This document shows, one piece after another, positions 1 to 11,668 of a stretch of DNA of 43,485 bases. Position numbers and translations under genes: made by a program. Every line of letters starts with the position of its first letter. The stretch's first letter is position 1. Source of the DNA: Asterionella formosa (taxonomy: Eukaryota); the NCBI GenBank assembly GCA_002256025.1, contig NKIB01014434.1, positions 1 to 43,485 of the forward strand, written 5' to 3'. The notes beneath the pieces are model-generated. The model saw nothing but the letters and a program-made list of their open reading frames with translations. It was not told where the DNA came from and searched no databases.

Positions 1-195
1 GTGATCACATAATATAGTGATGATCAGGAATGCATGCATGATACTTTGATCAAATATTTAACGTGATGTATTCAGATAATATATAGATATATTCAACTAC
101 GTATTTTGATGTATTCAACTAATTCATGTGATGCATTCAAAATCAACTAGGCTTATTTATGTGATGGTCACTTCACGTAATACGCGGCTTAGATG
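1..195. mobile_element. Terminal segment of a repeated element (second copy ends at 11668); abuts ARM coding sequence mid-repeat
   Basis: 1-195 is nearly identical to ~11478-11668. Both copies end at ...CGGCTTAGATG and are followed by unrelated sequence (ARM repeat here, LTR there). Confidence 0.75.
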
Positions 196-781
196 TAATG
201 TGCAAGAGTATTTTTGTTCAGAACTTTGGAACTTGGCGCGATTAATGAAGACAAGCAACAAGGAGGCCGATTGTTGATGCAGGAGGTATCCCTCTGATTC
301 TGTCTGCTATGAAGAAGCATCCAAACAATGCTAATGTGCAATACTATGGTTGTGCTGCACTTATGAACTCGGCTGACAATATTGAAAGAAGATGAATCTT
401 GCTGAAGCAGGAGGTACCACTGAGATTCTGTCTGCTGTGAAGAAACATCCAAACAATGCTTGTGTACAAGAATATGGTTGTCCAGCGCTTTGCACCTTGT
501 TGGCTGAAAAAAATGAAGAAAACAAGGCGACAATTGCTGAAGAAGAAAGTATCTCTGTGACTTTGTCTGTCATGAAGAAACATCCAAACAATGCCAATGT
601 ACAAGAATATGGTTGTGCCGCAATTGGTACCTTGGCTGACAATATTGAAGAAAATAAGGTGCTAATTGCCAATGCTGATTGAAAAGTCAAAATTGAGTCT
701 GCTATGCGAAACCACTCATCCAATGCTGATGTGAAAGCAAAAGCTGAAAGAGCCCTTCAAAAATTGAACCATGAGAATTGA
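196..781 (+). pseudogene. 3' fragment of an ARM-repeat paralogue (KKHPNN-type units), frameshifted
   Basis: Translates to ILSAVKKHPNNACVQEYGCPALCTLLAE and LSVMKKHPNNANVQEYGCAAIGTLAD, then a family C-cap (IANAD*KVKIESAMRNHSSN) with indels and an internal stop. Confidence 0.85.
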
Positions 782-844
782 TCATTATGGTGGAAATGTT
801 CATTTTGGTAATATTTAGGAGGATCAATAAGTATTCTTTTTTGT

Positions 845-2300
845 AAATGTATCCAAATTGCCTTTTTGATAGCTGCAGTCAATCAAGTAGATATCATGAT
901 GGCTGATATTGGCAACCAATGTCTCCTAAATGCAAGAACAGAAGAAGAGGCATATGTTGTATGGCCAGACAAGAATTTGGAGAGGATGAAGTCAAGCTTG
1001 CTATCATAGTTCGTGCCCTATATGGATTAAAGAGCTCAGGAACGAGCTGCCTGGTGTTCACATTTTGCAACAAGACTTCGGCATATCGGTTTCATTCCAA
1101 GTTACATGGATCCGGATATGCGTTGTTGGGAGGCAGTCACACCAGAAGGTTTCAAATATTATGAACACATGCATCCTTGTATAGCTACATAGATGACATT
1201 CTACGTATCTCCAAAGATCTCACTAAGATTATACATTCCTTTGCAGATCCTCACTTCCTATATCGTCTTAAAAATGTTGGACCACCAAAGATGTGGTATT
1301 TATCTGCAGAAGAATACCTGGTCAATGCTATTCCTGTCATATTAGAAGAATCATTTGGACCATTGAAGCAAACTATTATTCAAAATGAACAAGTTAGATG
1401 CTCCAGCAGCACTAGACTACCATCCCAAACTGGATACATCAGATTTTAGAGTGATAAAGAGGAAGTGACCCGTTCGTACCAAAGCTATATTGGGGTATTG
1501 AGATAGGCAAGACTTATATCGCACACTCAGGAGTAGCCAACCACGGCCTTTTTTTCATGGCTGCCCCTTGCCAGGGTCAAATGGCTGCTGTATTACGACT
1601 CATTTTCGCATATCTTTAAAAACATTTTCCCTGATAATTGGTTATAGATCCTCAAAAACAGGATTGGTCAGATAAATTGTGGGCGTCTGCTGAAATTTTT
1701 TATCCTAACATGCACAACCTAACAAGCACAAAGAAATTCCACCAAGTGCACCAAAACCACAAGGTCAACGACTAAAAATTCATACATTTTGTGATAAAAC
1801 TCATGCTACCAACCTGGTTACCCATAGATCTACAACAGGTATTTTTTTATTCTTAAACAGTTCTGTCATTAAATGGTATTCGATCCCGGCAAAAATTCTA
1901 TTGAATCTTCTACCTTTGTGCTCAGAGTTTGTTGCGCTAATGCCGATTGTTGCCAAAATGAACAATCTAATGCATTATAAACTCCGCAGGCTGGGTATAC
2001 CCATCAAAGTGCCCACTCATACTTTCTGTGACAACAAAAATGTGGTCATGAAATTGACCAGACCGGGCCGGAATCTCCTACTAGATTCCGTCCCGAAAGT
2101 TGTACTTTACAAAAGAAACACAATTCTATTGCATACCATAAAGTATACGAATGTGTTGCAGCAGAGTCAATGAGAATTAATCAGGAAACCCCCAGAACAA
2201 GCAATCTAGTAGCTGTTCTGCTCACTAAATGGTTGCCACCACATAAACTTCTCGAATCATGTTGTAACAGTTTACGGCATTGTCTTCAAGCGGGATTTGT
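845..2300 (+). mobile_element. Decayed Ty1/Copia reverse transcriptase + RNase H fragment
   Basis: Motifs DIMMADIGN, IVRALYGLKSSG, YIDDIL, FCDKTHA..RSTTG, SEFVAL, YKLRRLGIPI..FCDNKNVV and KKHNSIAYHK spread over several frames with stops. Confidence 0.9.
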
Positions 2301-3132
2301 TGAATACTTCTTGAAGGGACTATGTTGATCCCTTCATACTACCGTTATTTATATTTATATTAAAAAAATTTGTATTTATATAAATGTAATTACTTTTTTA
2401 ACAATGCAACTTGCAATCATCTGGTGTATTTTACACCCTCTACACTACTTCGGCCCTTCCTTCATGCTGCTGCTGCTGAAATTTCCGCCACTACCATGGT
2501 GTATTCGGACAAGGCACCACCAGCATGTGCTGCTGCTCGTCCGAGCAACCCTCCTAGCTATGGAAAACAATAGCCACTTCGCTCCTGCAAATATTCCACA
2601 AAAGAAAGCGCCCAAATGCGCAAACAAAAAGTCAAAGCTTGACATCTGGACATGAATGCCTACTTCCAGCACCATCCATCCTCCTTCCCTCATTCTCTCT
2701 CACTCATTGTACTCATCCCTCCTCTCTCTGCAGCTATCAAGCGAAACAAGAAGAAGTGCCCCTTACAGCTACAATCACCTACTCCCCCCATCACAGTTTG
2801 ATTTGTTATTTATCTTCTACACCTACTCATCTTTGCTGATTCTACCTCGACTTACTCTGCATGCACTCTGGCCAATGGATTCCATCAGATGTGCTCTAAC
2901 CTTGCTCTGCCTACTTCATTTCATCCCGGTAATCAACTGCCAGTCTTCTTTATTCAAAGCAACCTAAATGGTCATATAAATAATTTCTCTGTCTCCCTTT
3001 GCGTATTATTCTGCTTTATAAATCCTGTCTATTTCCATTTAGACATTCCCCAGACTACATCTAGCCTTCGGACACTTGTGAGACATCAACAGCCTAACAG
3101 ACACACTATGACATTTTACTCCCCTTTGTTTT

Positions 3133-3168
3133 AGTAAAATTAGTCGTGGCTGTGTACATTAATGGTAC
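3133..3168 (+). promoter_or_regulatory. Conserved non-coding box upstream of ARM genes 1 and 3
   Basis: AGTAAAATTAGTCGTGGCTGTGTACATTAATGGTAC matches AGTAAAATCAGTCGTGGCTGAGTACATTTAGGGGTAC at 37218-37254. A regulatory function is inferred only. Confidence 0.4.
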
Positions 3169-3476
3169 GGGGCACGACCACCCTTTACTGGGTTATGTAT
3201 AAGAGTTCGTATTTCTCAAGCTGTCATTTTTTCAGTCATGAAACGTGTTCATAGAGGATCCGTTGGATACATTTGTGTGTAACAAGGATATAAATGCATG
3301 AGTACATAAATAAAATCATACCGAATGGTACATACATGCATGATGGAGAAAAGTTTTTGTGTGACTGAAATAATTCAGAGATATTGCATGTAGCTACGAA
3401 CAGTAAGAGACAAAAAATGCTTTTTCCTTCCGCGTGCGATAAAACAACCAAAGCAATCAACGAGAACAAAGCATAC

Positions 3477-6400
3477 ATGACACTCAATCCTTCATACACC
3501 CCTAACCACCATGATGCTTCAATAGTGTCTGACGATGCCGTACAAGTTGAGCTCATCAAGAATGGACTCTGTCCTTATCATCCAGACATTCAGCTTCGCA
3601 ACAAGAAATGGAATGGAGGTTGGAAGACTTTGCGAGAGAGCTGCCCTAGATGCGATCACGAACGAATGAATACCCAAGGGCCTCCTGCTCTAACGACTGC
3701 AATGCCTCAGCAGCATCCTTCGCCAGAAACACAATCTCGGCCTTCAAACCAATTACCAACCACTTCAATTTCGTCTACGATTGCTGAAATTCTGTCAGAG
3801 ATGCAAAAGAATGAGCAGAATGCTGACATTCAAAAAGAAAGTTGTGTAGCTCTTTGGAGCTTGGCTGACAATAATGACAACGACAGGGTGGCGATTGCTG
3901 CAGGAGGTATCACTATGATTCTGTCTGCAATGAGGACTCATTCCTCCAACGCTGATGTGCAAGAGTATGGTTGTGCAGCACTATGGAACTTGGCTTATGA
4001 TGAAAACAACAAGGTGACAATTGCTGAAGCAGGAGGGATTGCTTTGATTCTGTCTACTATGGCTAATCATTCTTCCAATAAAAATGTGCAATACTATGGC
4101 TGCGCTGCACTTATGAACTTGGCTGTGAACGACAATAACCATGTGGCAATTGAGGCAGCAGTAGGCGTCACTACGATTCTGTCTGCAATGAAGACTCATT
4201 CCTCTAATGCTAATGTACAACACTATGGTTGTGCAGCACTTAAAAACTTGGCTGAGAAAAATGACGACAATCAAGTGACGATTGATGAAGCAGAAGGCAT
4301 CACTTTGATTCTGTCTGCGATGAAGAATCATTTCTCGAATGATAATGTGCAACACTACGGTTGTGCAGCACTTTGGAAGTTAGCTGCAAATAATACCAAC
4401 AATAAGGTGACGATTGCTGAAGCAGGAATTATCACTACGATTCTGTCTACGATGAAGAATTATTCCTCCAATGATGATGTTCAACACTATGGTTGTGCAG
4501 CACTTATGAACTTGGCTGAGAAGAATGACAACAATCAAGTGACGATTGCTGAAGCAGAAGGCATCACAACGATTTTATTTGCAATGAATAATCATTCCTC
4601 CAATGCTAATGTACAATACTATGGTTCTGGAGCACTTTGGAAATTGGCTGTTTTTAATGAAAAGAACAAGTTGAAGATTGCTGAAGAAGGAGGTATCACT
4701 ACAATTCTGTCTATTATGGATAATCATTCTACCAATGCTACTGTGCAAGAAAATTGTTTTAGAGCACTTACCAACTTGGCTGCGAATAATGAAAAAAACA
4801 AGATGACGATAACGGAAGCAGGAGGAATCACTACAATTCTGTCTGTGATGAAGACTCATTCCTCCAATGCTACTGTGCAGGAAAATGGTTGTTTAGCACT
4901 TAAAAACTTGGCTGAGAATAATGACAACAATCAAGTGATGCTTTGTGAAGCAGAACTCATCACTACGATTCTGTCTTCGATGAAGACTCATTACTTCAAT
5001 GCTACTGTGCAAGAAAATGGTTGTGGAGCACTACTTAACATGGCTGTGAATGACAACAACAAGGTGACGATTGCTGCAGCAGGAGGTATCCTTACAATTC
5101 TCTTTGTGATGAAGACTCATTCCTCCAATGCTATTGTGCAATGCTGTGGTTGCGGAGCACTTATGAACTTAGCTGAGAATGAAAACAACAAGGTGACGAT
5201 TGCTGAAGCAGAAGGTATTGCTTTGATTCTGTCTACTATGGCTAATCATTCTTCCAATAAAAATGTGCAATACTATGGTTGCGGAGCACTTATGAACTTG
5301 GCTGAGAATGACAACAACAAAGTCTTGATTGCTGAAGCAGGAGGTATCACTTTGATTCTGTCTGCAATGACGACTGATTCCTCCAATGCTAATGTGCAAT
5401 TCTATGGTTGCGGAGCACTTAAAAACTTGGCTGAGAATAATAAGAACAATCAAGTGACAATTGATGAAGCAGGAGGTATCAGAACGATTCTGTCTGGTAT
5501 GGATAATCATTCATCTAATGTTGATGTGCAAAAAAAACGGTTGTTTAGCACTTTGGAACTTGGCTTATAATGAAAACAACAAGGTGACGATTGCTGAAGC
5601 AGGAGGCATCACTACGATTCTGTCTGCGATGAATAACCATTCCTCGAATGCTTATGTTCAACAATATGGTTGTTTAGTAATTCAGAACTTGACTCGGAAT
5701 AAGAATAACAGGATGGTGATTGCTGCAGCAGGAGGGATCACTTCGATTCTGTCTACTATGAAAAACCATTCAAATAATGCTGACGTGCAATTCTTTAGTT
5801 GTGCAGCTCTTCGTAACTTAGCTTATGATAACAGCAACAAGTTGGCAATTGCCAAAGCTGGTGGAATAGAAGCAATTCAGGCTGCGATTCAAAATCATGC
5901 ATCCATTGTTTGCATTCAAGAAAGAGGTAATGCAGCACTTCGCATTTTGACTTCAACCCAAATTTCAACAACTACAATTTCGTCTCCAATTGCTGCGATT
6001 CTTTCAAAAATGCAAGAGAATGAACAGCATGCTGACATTCAAGACGATTGTCTCATGGTACTTGCGGACATGGCTTCTACTAACGAAAAAAACCAGGTGA
6101 CAATTGCTGAAGTAGGAGGGATCACTACGATTCTTTCTGTGATGAAGAATCATTTATCGAATGCTGATGTACAACTCTCTGGTTGTGTAGCACTTCAGAA
6201 CTTGGCTGTAAATAATGACAACAACAAGGTGGCGATTGCTGAAGCAAAAGGTATCACTACAATTTTGTCTGCCATGGAGACTCATTCCTCCAATGTTCAT
6301 GTACAACACTACGGTTGTGCAGCACTTAATAACTTGGCTGTGAATGATAACAATGAGGTGACAATCGCTGCAGCAGGGGGTATCACTAAGATTCTGTTTG

Positions 6401-7923
6401 CGATGAATAACCATTTTTCTAATGCTCACGTGCAACACTATGGTTGTGCAGCACTTCGAAACTTGGCTGTTAATGAAAACAACAAGGTGATAATTGCTGA
6501 AGCAGGAGGTATCACTACAATTCTGTCTGCAATGAGGACTCATTCCTCCAATGCTGAGTTGCAAGAGTATGGTTGTTTAGCACTTTGGAACTTGGCCATG
6601 AATGAAAACAACAAGTTGACGATTGCTGGAGCAGGAGGTATTGCTTTGATTCTGTCTACTATGGCTAATCATTCTTCCAATAAAAATGTGCAATACTATG
6701 GTTGCATTGCACTTATGAACTTGGCTGTAAATGACAACAACCATGTCACAATTGAGGCAGCAGTAGGTGTCACTACGATTCTGGGTGCGATGATGACTCA
6801 TTCCTCCAATGCTAATGTACAATACTACGGTTGTGTAGCACTTATGAACTTGGCTGAGAAGAATGACAACAATCAAGTGACGATTGCTGAAGGCATCACA
6901 ACGATTCTGTCTGCAATGAATAATCATTCCTCCAATGCTAATGTACAATGCTATGGTTGTGGAGCACTTTGGAAGTTGGCTGTTTTTAATGAAAAGAATA
7001 AGTTGAAGATCGCTGAAGCAGGAGGTATCACTACAATTCTGTCTAGTATGGATAATCATTCTTTAAATGCTTCTGTGCAAGAAAATGGTTGTGGAGCACT
7101 TACCAACTTGGCAGTGAATGACAACAACAAGATGGCGATTGCTGAAGCAGGAGGTGTCTTTACGATTTTGTCTGCAATGAATAATCATTCCTCCAATGCT
7201 GATGGGCAAGAGTGTGGTTGTGCAGCACTTTGGAACTTGGTCGTGAATGAAGAAAACAAGGTGACGATTGCTGAAGCAGGAGGAATCACCACGATTCTGT
7301 CTGCAATGAATAATCATCCCTTTATTGCTAATTTGCAATACTATGGTTGCGGAGCTCTTTTCAACTTGGCTGTCAATGACAACAATGAGGTCACAATTGC
7401 TGCCGAAGGAGGAATTATTACAATTCTATCTGCAATGAATAATCATTTTTCGAATGCTTTTGTGCAACACTATGGTTGTGCAGCACTTCGAAACTTGGCT
7501 GCAAATGACAACAACAAGGTGACAATTGCTAAAGCAGGAGGTATCACTGCAATTCTGTCTACTATGAATAATCATTCATCCAATGCTGATGTGCAACACT
7601 TTGGCTGTGGAGCGCTTTGGGACTTGTCTATTAATAATGATAACAATAGGGTGACGATTGCTGAAGCAGGAGGTATTGCTACAATTCTATGTGCGATGGA
7701 GACTCATTCCTTCAATGCTAATGTGCAACAAAAAGGTTGTGCTGCACTTGGCACCTTGGCTTTAAATAGTAGCAACAAGGTGTCGATTGCCAATGCTGGT
7801 GGAGAAGCCACAATTGAATCTGCTATTCGAAATCACCCGTCCAATGTTGCTGTCTATGAAATCGCTCATCAAGCACTTCGAATATTGACTGTTGTGGGAA
7901 ATGATCATTATGGTATTTTGTAA
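3477..7923 (+). CDS. ARM-repeat protein 1: putative Zn-binding N-terminal motif plus two capped solenoids (~17 + ~15 units), ~1481 aa if the extra A in the A8 run at 5530-5537 is removed
   Basis: ORFs 3384-5570 and 5461-7923 join into a normal unit (VQKNGCLALWNLA) on deleting one A. ATG 3477 is the start shared with the paralogues (an in-frame ATG at 3417 is an alternative). Consensus ITTILSAMxxHSSNANVQxxGCxALxNLAxNxNNKVTIAEAGG. Confidence 0.85.
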
Positions 7924-7959
7924 AAGGATAATCAGTTTGTGTTTTTTTGTTATACTCGG

Positions 7960-8170
7960 AAATGTACATTTATGCTCATTTATATTTATTTTCCCTGATT
8001 TGATACATACATTTGATGCTCTTAATGTACACTTGTTCATTTGCATTATACCAATACATAAGGATTCGTCATCATGGAGATAGACAGCACGCCGTCACCA
8101 CCTCACCTATACTGTTTCTAAGGCTAGCGTGTGGTTCAAGATAGCACTTCCATGCCCAAACACATGCGAC
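7960..8170 (+). repeat. Conserved 3' flank of the ARM gene family
   Basis: Block GATACATACAT..TGATGCTCTTAATGT..ATGGAGATAGACAGCACGCCGTCACCACCTCACC recurs at ~33600-33750 and ~38760-38940. Confidence 0.8.
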
Positions 8171-10182
8171 TAGGTACCTGGTACCAGGTACCAGGGTATA
8201 AGGAGATGCATCCAGCTGTACATTCAGTACAGAAAGAGAAACAGACTACTGGGCCTTAAGACTTTTTTGGCTGTTCCAAGGTGCCAAGAGAAAACCTATC
8301 CAGCCGCTTTGCCTGCCTGCCCCATTGTGGTCGTGGTTTGCCAGGGGTGCATAATGGGAGGATTCAAAATCCTCTCACACTTAATCAGGAATGGTTTTGA
8401 AGCACACCTCATCCAGTTATGTTCATATGGTGTCTGGTGAGGCACCCTGCCCCTTACCCCTGGGCAAGGTAGTGTGAGACTTTCACTCACTAAAAACCTG
8501 CATGCAGCTTCAGTCTTGACCAGTACCTGGTCTGCCCTACCCATTGGGGCTTTGGCTTGGGGATGCTGCATAATATTAAGATGATTTTTTATACCCTGGA
8601 AGGTTTGGTACCAGCAAGTTATGGTAATTTTGCAATCTTAATCTCAAATTAAAATGTTTAAAATGTTTGTTTAAGCAAAATGACCATAACTTGGAGGTAA
8701 TAAGCACATTGTTTGCATGTTCTGTAAAGCCCTGTTTCTTGTATCCCCCCCATTTCCTGTACCCCTATGTACATGCATCTGGCACAACACTCCCAAATAT
8801 TTCATGTCTTCAGAAAAATGACAAGCATATTATCGTATTCTAGCGCTTTATGTATGTGCTTATATGTTTAATTGTATTCTTACAGGTCACCATCATAAAA
8901 CAACAATCAACAACAATACTAGCGATGCTAATGACAATTGCGATGGCGACATCCTTGGCCTGAGATCTATTTCAACAGTCGAAGTTGCAAGTTGCGAGGT
9001 TGTTGTGGTGCAATCGTCAAGCTGAATTCTACCGGCTCATGCAGTGCTGGCCTCAATATTGCTGGCTTGCTGGAAGCGTTCATAGAATCATTTTGGACTG
9101 CTGCCTGGATATGCAGAAATAATTCATGCATGGCATTATTCTGGTTCAATAATCATATATGCGCTATGGTTGGCTTATGTTAATATCCTTCACGATCTAA
9201 GTCGCAGATCCTACAGAAATTAATACTACTGTAGGATTATGTACAAACATGTGCACTCTCTAGGATTTACTATAGCTGTCATCACATTACACCACGGGCT
9301 TATCAGAAAGGTCTGGTAATCAATGAATTGCGCGCACATCAAACTAAAAAATTCCATGTAGTGGTTTCAAACAGCAGTATTCCGTACTTCAATGGTTGTC
9401 TGAACGGCTTAACAATTCCAAAATGATGAAATATTTCAAAATATTTCCATGTAATAATATCATCTGTAACCGTTACAAAGTTTCAACCGGAAAAGCGCTG
9501 CCACCTTTCACAGAAGAATCGCTGTCTACCAAGTTCAACTTGCTGACTGCTGACTTGATTTGCTTAAAATTTGTAATATTTGCTGACTGCTGACATGAAA
9601 TCTCTGACTGCTAACTTCAACTTGCTGACTTCAAGCAACCTAAATAAGGGGTACTGGTAGGAAGAAACCAACCGTTACTACCTGGTACCAGCCAGTGTAC
9701 AAATCGTGATTACTTTTCATATTTGAATAATGATGGAAACACATCTTTTCGATGTGGGACACTGATGTGATGCCTCATCAAACATATTATCCAGAGTAAC
9801 ATAAAGGTTAATAATAAGATACTGTTAAAAAGTCATAGATAACTAAAAATAGTAATTGCTATCTATGTCTTTATTTGCTTCTGATATGTACTATCTTGAA
9901 AATGCTCAATTCAACTTGCTATCTACTGACTGCGGACTTTCGTTTTGCTGACAGCTGAATTGAATTGCTGAAAACTTGAAAAAGTGGGTCACTGATGACT
10001 TCATTTGCTGAATACTGACATGAAATCGCTACCAGCTTCAACTTACTGACTGCTGACTTCAAGTTCATTTTGACAATAAAACCAATAACAGCTTACAGTT
10101 CCTTTCCCGGAATACGATTGTTCAGTCCAGGACAGAAGCACTAGATGTTGGTAAACTTGAAGAGCATCCCTTCATTATTCCA

Positions 10183-10557
10183 GTGAATTACCTTTTTTCT
10201 CGGGTTGTGAAGTATGGTGATTATGCTAGCCAAAAACACAAAAAAATAATGACCTCCACCATGACTGTATCGGATGAAGCATATGCCTTGCTTGTCTTAG
10301 AAAATAGTTGGGATGTATGGACCCAGAACTATAAAACTGGGGATACTGGTAATGAAATTGCTGGCAGTGATGGTGGTTCAGGTGTTTTGGTGAAATGCCT
10401 CTATACAAACCATGGAGGAGTTGGCAAACGGTATGGAGGGTGGGAAACAAAAGGTTATGAAAGGTTCAATACAATTTATGATCAAGTCGAGCACCTATGT
10501 GAGTCTGCAAACAGCATGGCTTTGGAGTCTATGCAGCTGCTGCTGTATTTCTACTGA
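10183..10557 (+). pseudogene. Fragment of a hypothetical protein, probably transposon-associated
   Basis: TVSDEAYALLVLENSWDVW...YT...RYGGWETKGYERFN looks like a real protein motif that I recall from diatom repeat-associated hypothetical proteins (not verified). No clear start. Confidence 0.45.
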
Positions 10558-10571
10558 ATTATTGAACGACT

Positions 10572-10917
10572 GGTTCAATAATTCAGTAGAAATACAGCAG
10601 CAGCTGGCAGCATGACAAACAGCACGCCAAGGCACAATAGCAACTCATGATTTATGGAGCCCTGTTATCATATGACATTAACACAGAATCAGAAAGCAAC
10701 AATAGTCAATCCTGGATTTCATCCGAATGCTCCTGAATTGAAAGGGTTCAATAATTCAGTAGAAATACAGCAGCAGCTGGCAGCATGACAAACAGCACGC
10801 CAAGGTACAATAACAACTCATGATTTACGGAGCCCTGTTATCACATGACATTAACACAGAATCAAAAAGCAACAATACTCAATCCTGGATTTCATCCGAA
10901 TGCTCCTGAATTGAAAG
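10572..10917. repeat. Tandem duplication, 173 bp x2
   Basis: GGTTCAATAATTCAGTAGAAATACAGCAGCAGCTGG starts at 10572 and 10745, with few mismatches between copies. Confidence 0.95.
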
Positions 10918-11668
10918 GGGTTGCTGCAATGTTAATTGAATCCTCGACTCAAATAAAAGAACTCTGCAATACAGTTGAATGGTGAGTGTGTTTTTGTTGT
11001 GTATCTGAATGCTAGTATGGCTTGTCAGCTCACGCATTGTTGTTGATAACAGGCAGGGACAATGAGGTCCGGAATGAAAGTTGTTCTGGTAAGATTACTG
11101 CGCTATTTTGATGGCTATATGAGCAACAACACTACTGATAACTCACACTGATCTTCCTCTACATTCATTTGACATTGCAGCAAACCCTTTTAGTGCAGGA
11201 GCATGAGCAGGCTTTATTTTATTCATGAAACTCTTTAATTTAGTTGAATTACCTGCAGTAAAATAGTTGAACAACCTTCAGAAAAATAGTGGATTTGCCT
11301 TCAGATAATTAGTTGAACAACCTTGTGATAATTAGTTGAATGAACTCCAGAAAATTACGGAAACAAATTTTACATATTAAGTGAACTTTATTCTAGAATT
11401 ATGGGAACGAAATTATAAGGCAATGTGAACTAAAATTACATAATTACGTGAAGTATTTCAAATATAATTACGTGAAGGTGATGACGTAATATAGTGATGA
11501 TCAGGAATGCATGCATGATACTTTGATCAAATATTTAACGTGATGTATTCAGATAATATATATATTCAACTACGTATTTTGATGTATTCAACTTAATCAT
11601 GTGATGCATTCAAAATCAACTAGGCTTATTTATGTGATGGTCACTTCACGTAATACACGGCTTAGATG

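Larger units (their letters stand above)
9194..11668. mobile_element. Probable non-autonomous DNA transposon remnant with subterminal repeats and an ORF fragment
   Basis: Right end shared with 1-195. Possible degenerate left TIR GATCTAAGTCGC at 9194 (reverse complement of the end at 195 is CATCTAAGCCGC). TGCTGAC motif clusters at 9530-10060 and TAGTTGAA/AATTACGTGAAG clusters at 11240-11480. Left boundary uncertain. Confidence 0.5.

Noticed and set aside
2370..3134. Short ORFs after the Copia fragment, possible LTR
   Set aside because: No second copy or clear boundaries, and no recognisable protein.
3981..7338. Many minus-strand ORFs over the ARM genes (also 189-723, 12949-15558, 37924-38520)
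   Set aside because: They are antisense shadows of the repetitive + strand frame.
5461..7923. Separate 820 aa gene
   Set aside because: Its start is out-of-frame ARM sequence, and it continues gene 1 past the A8 frameshift.
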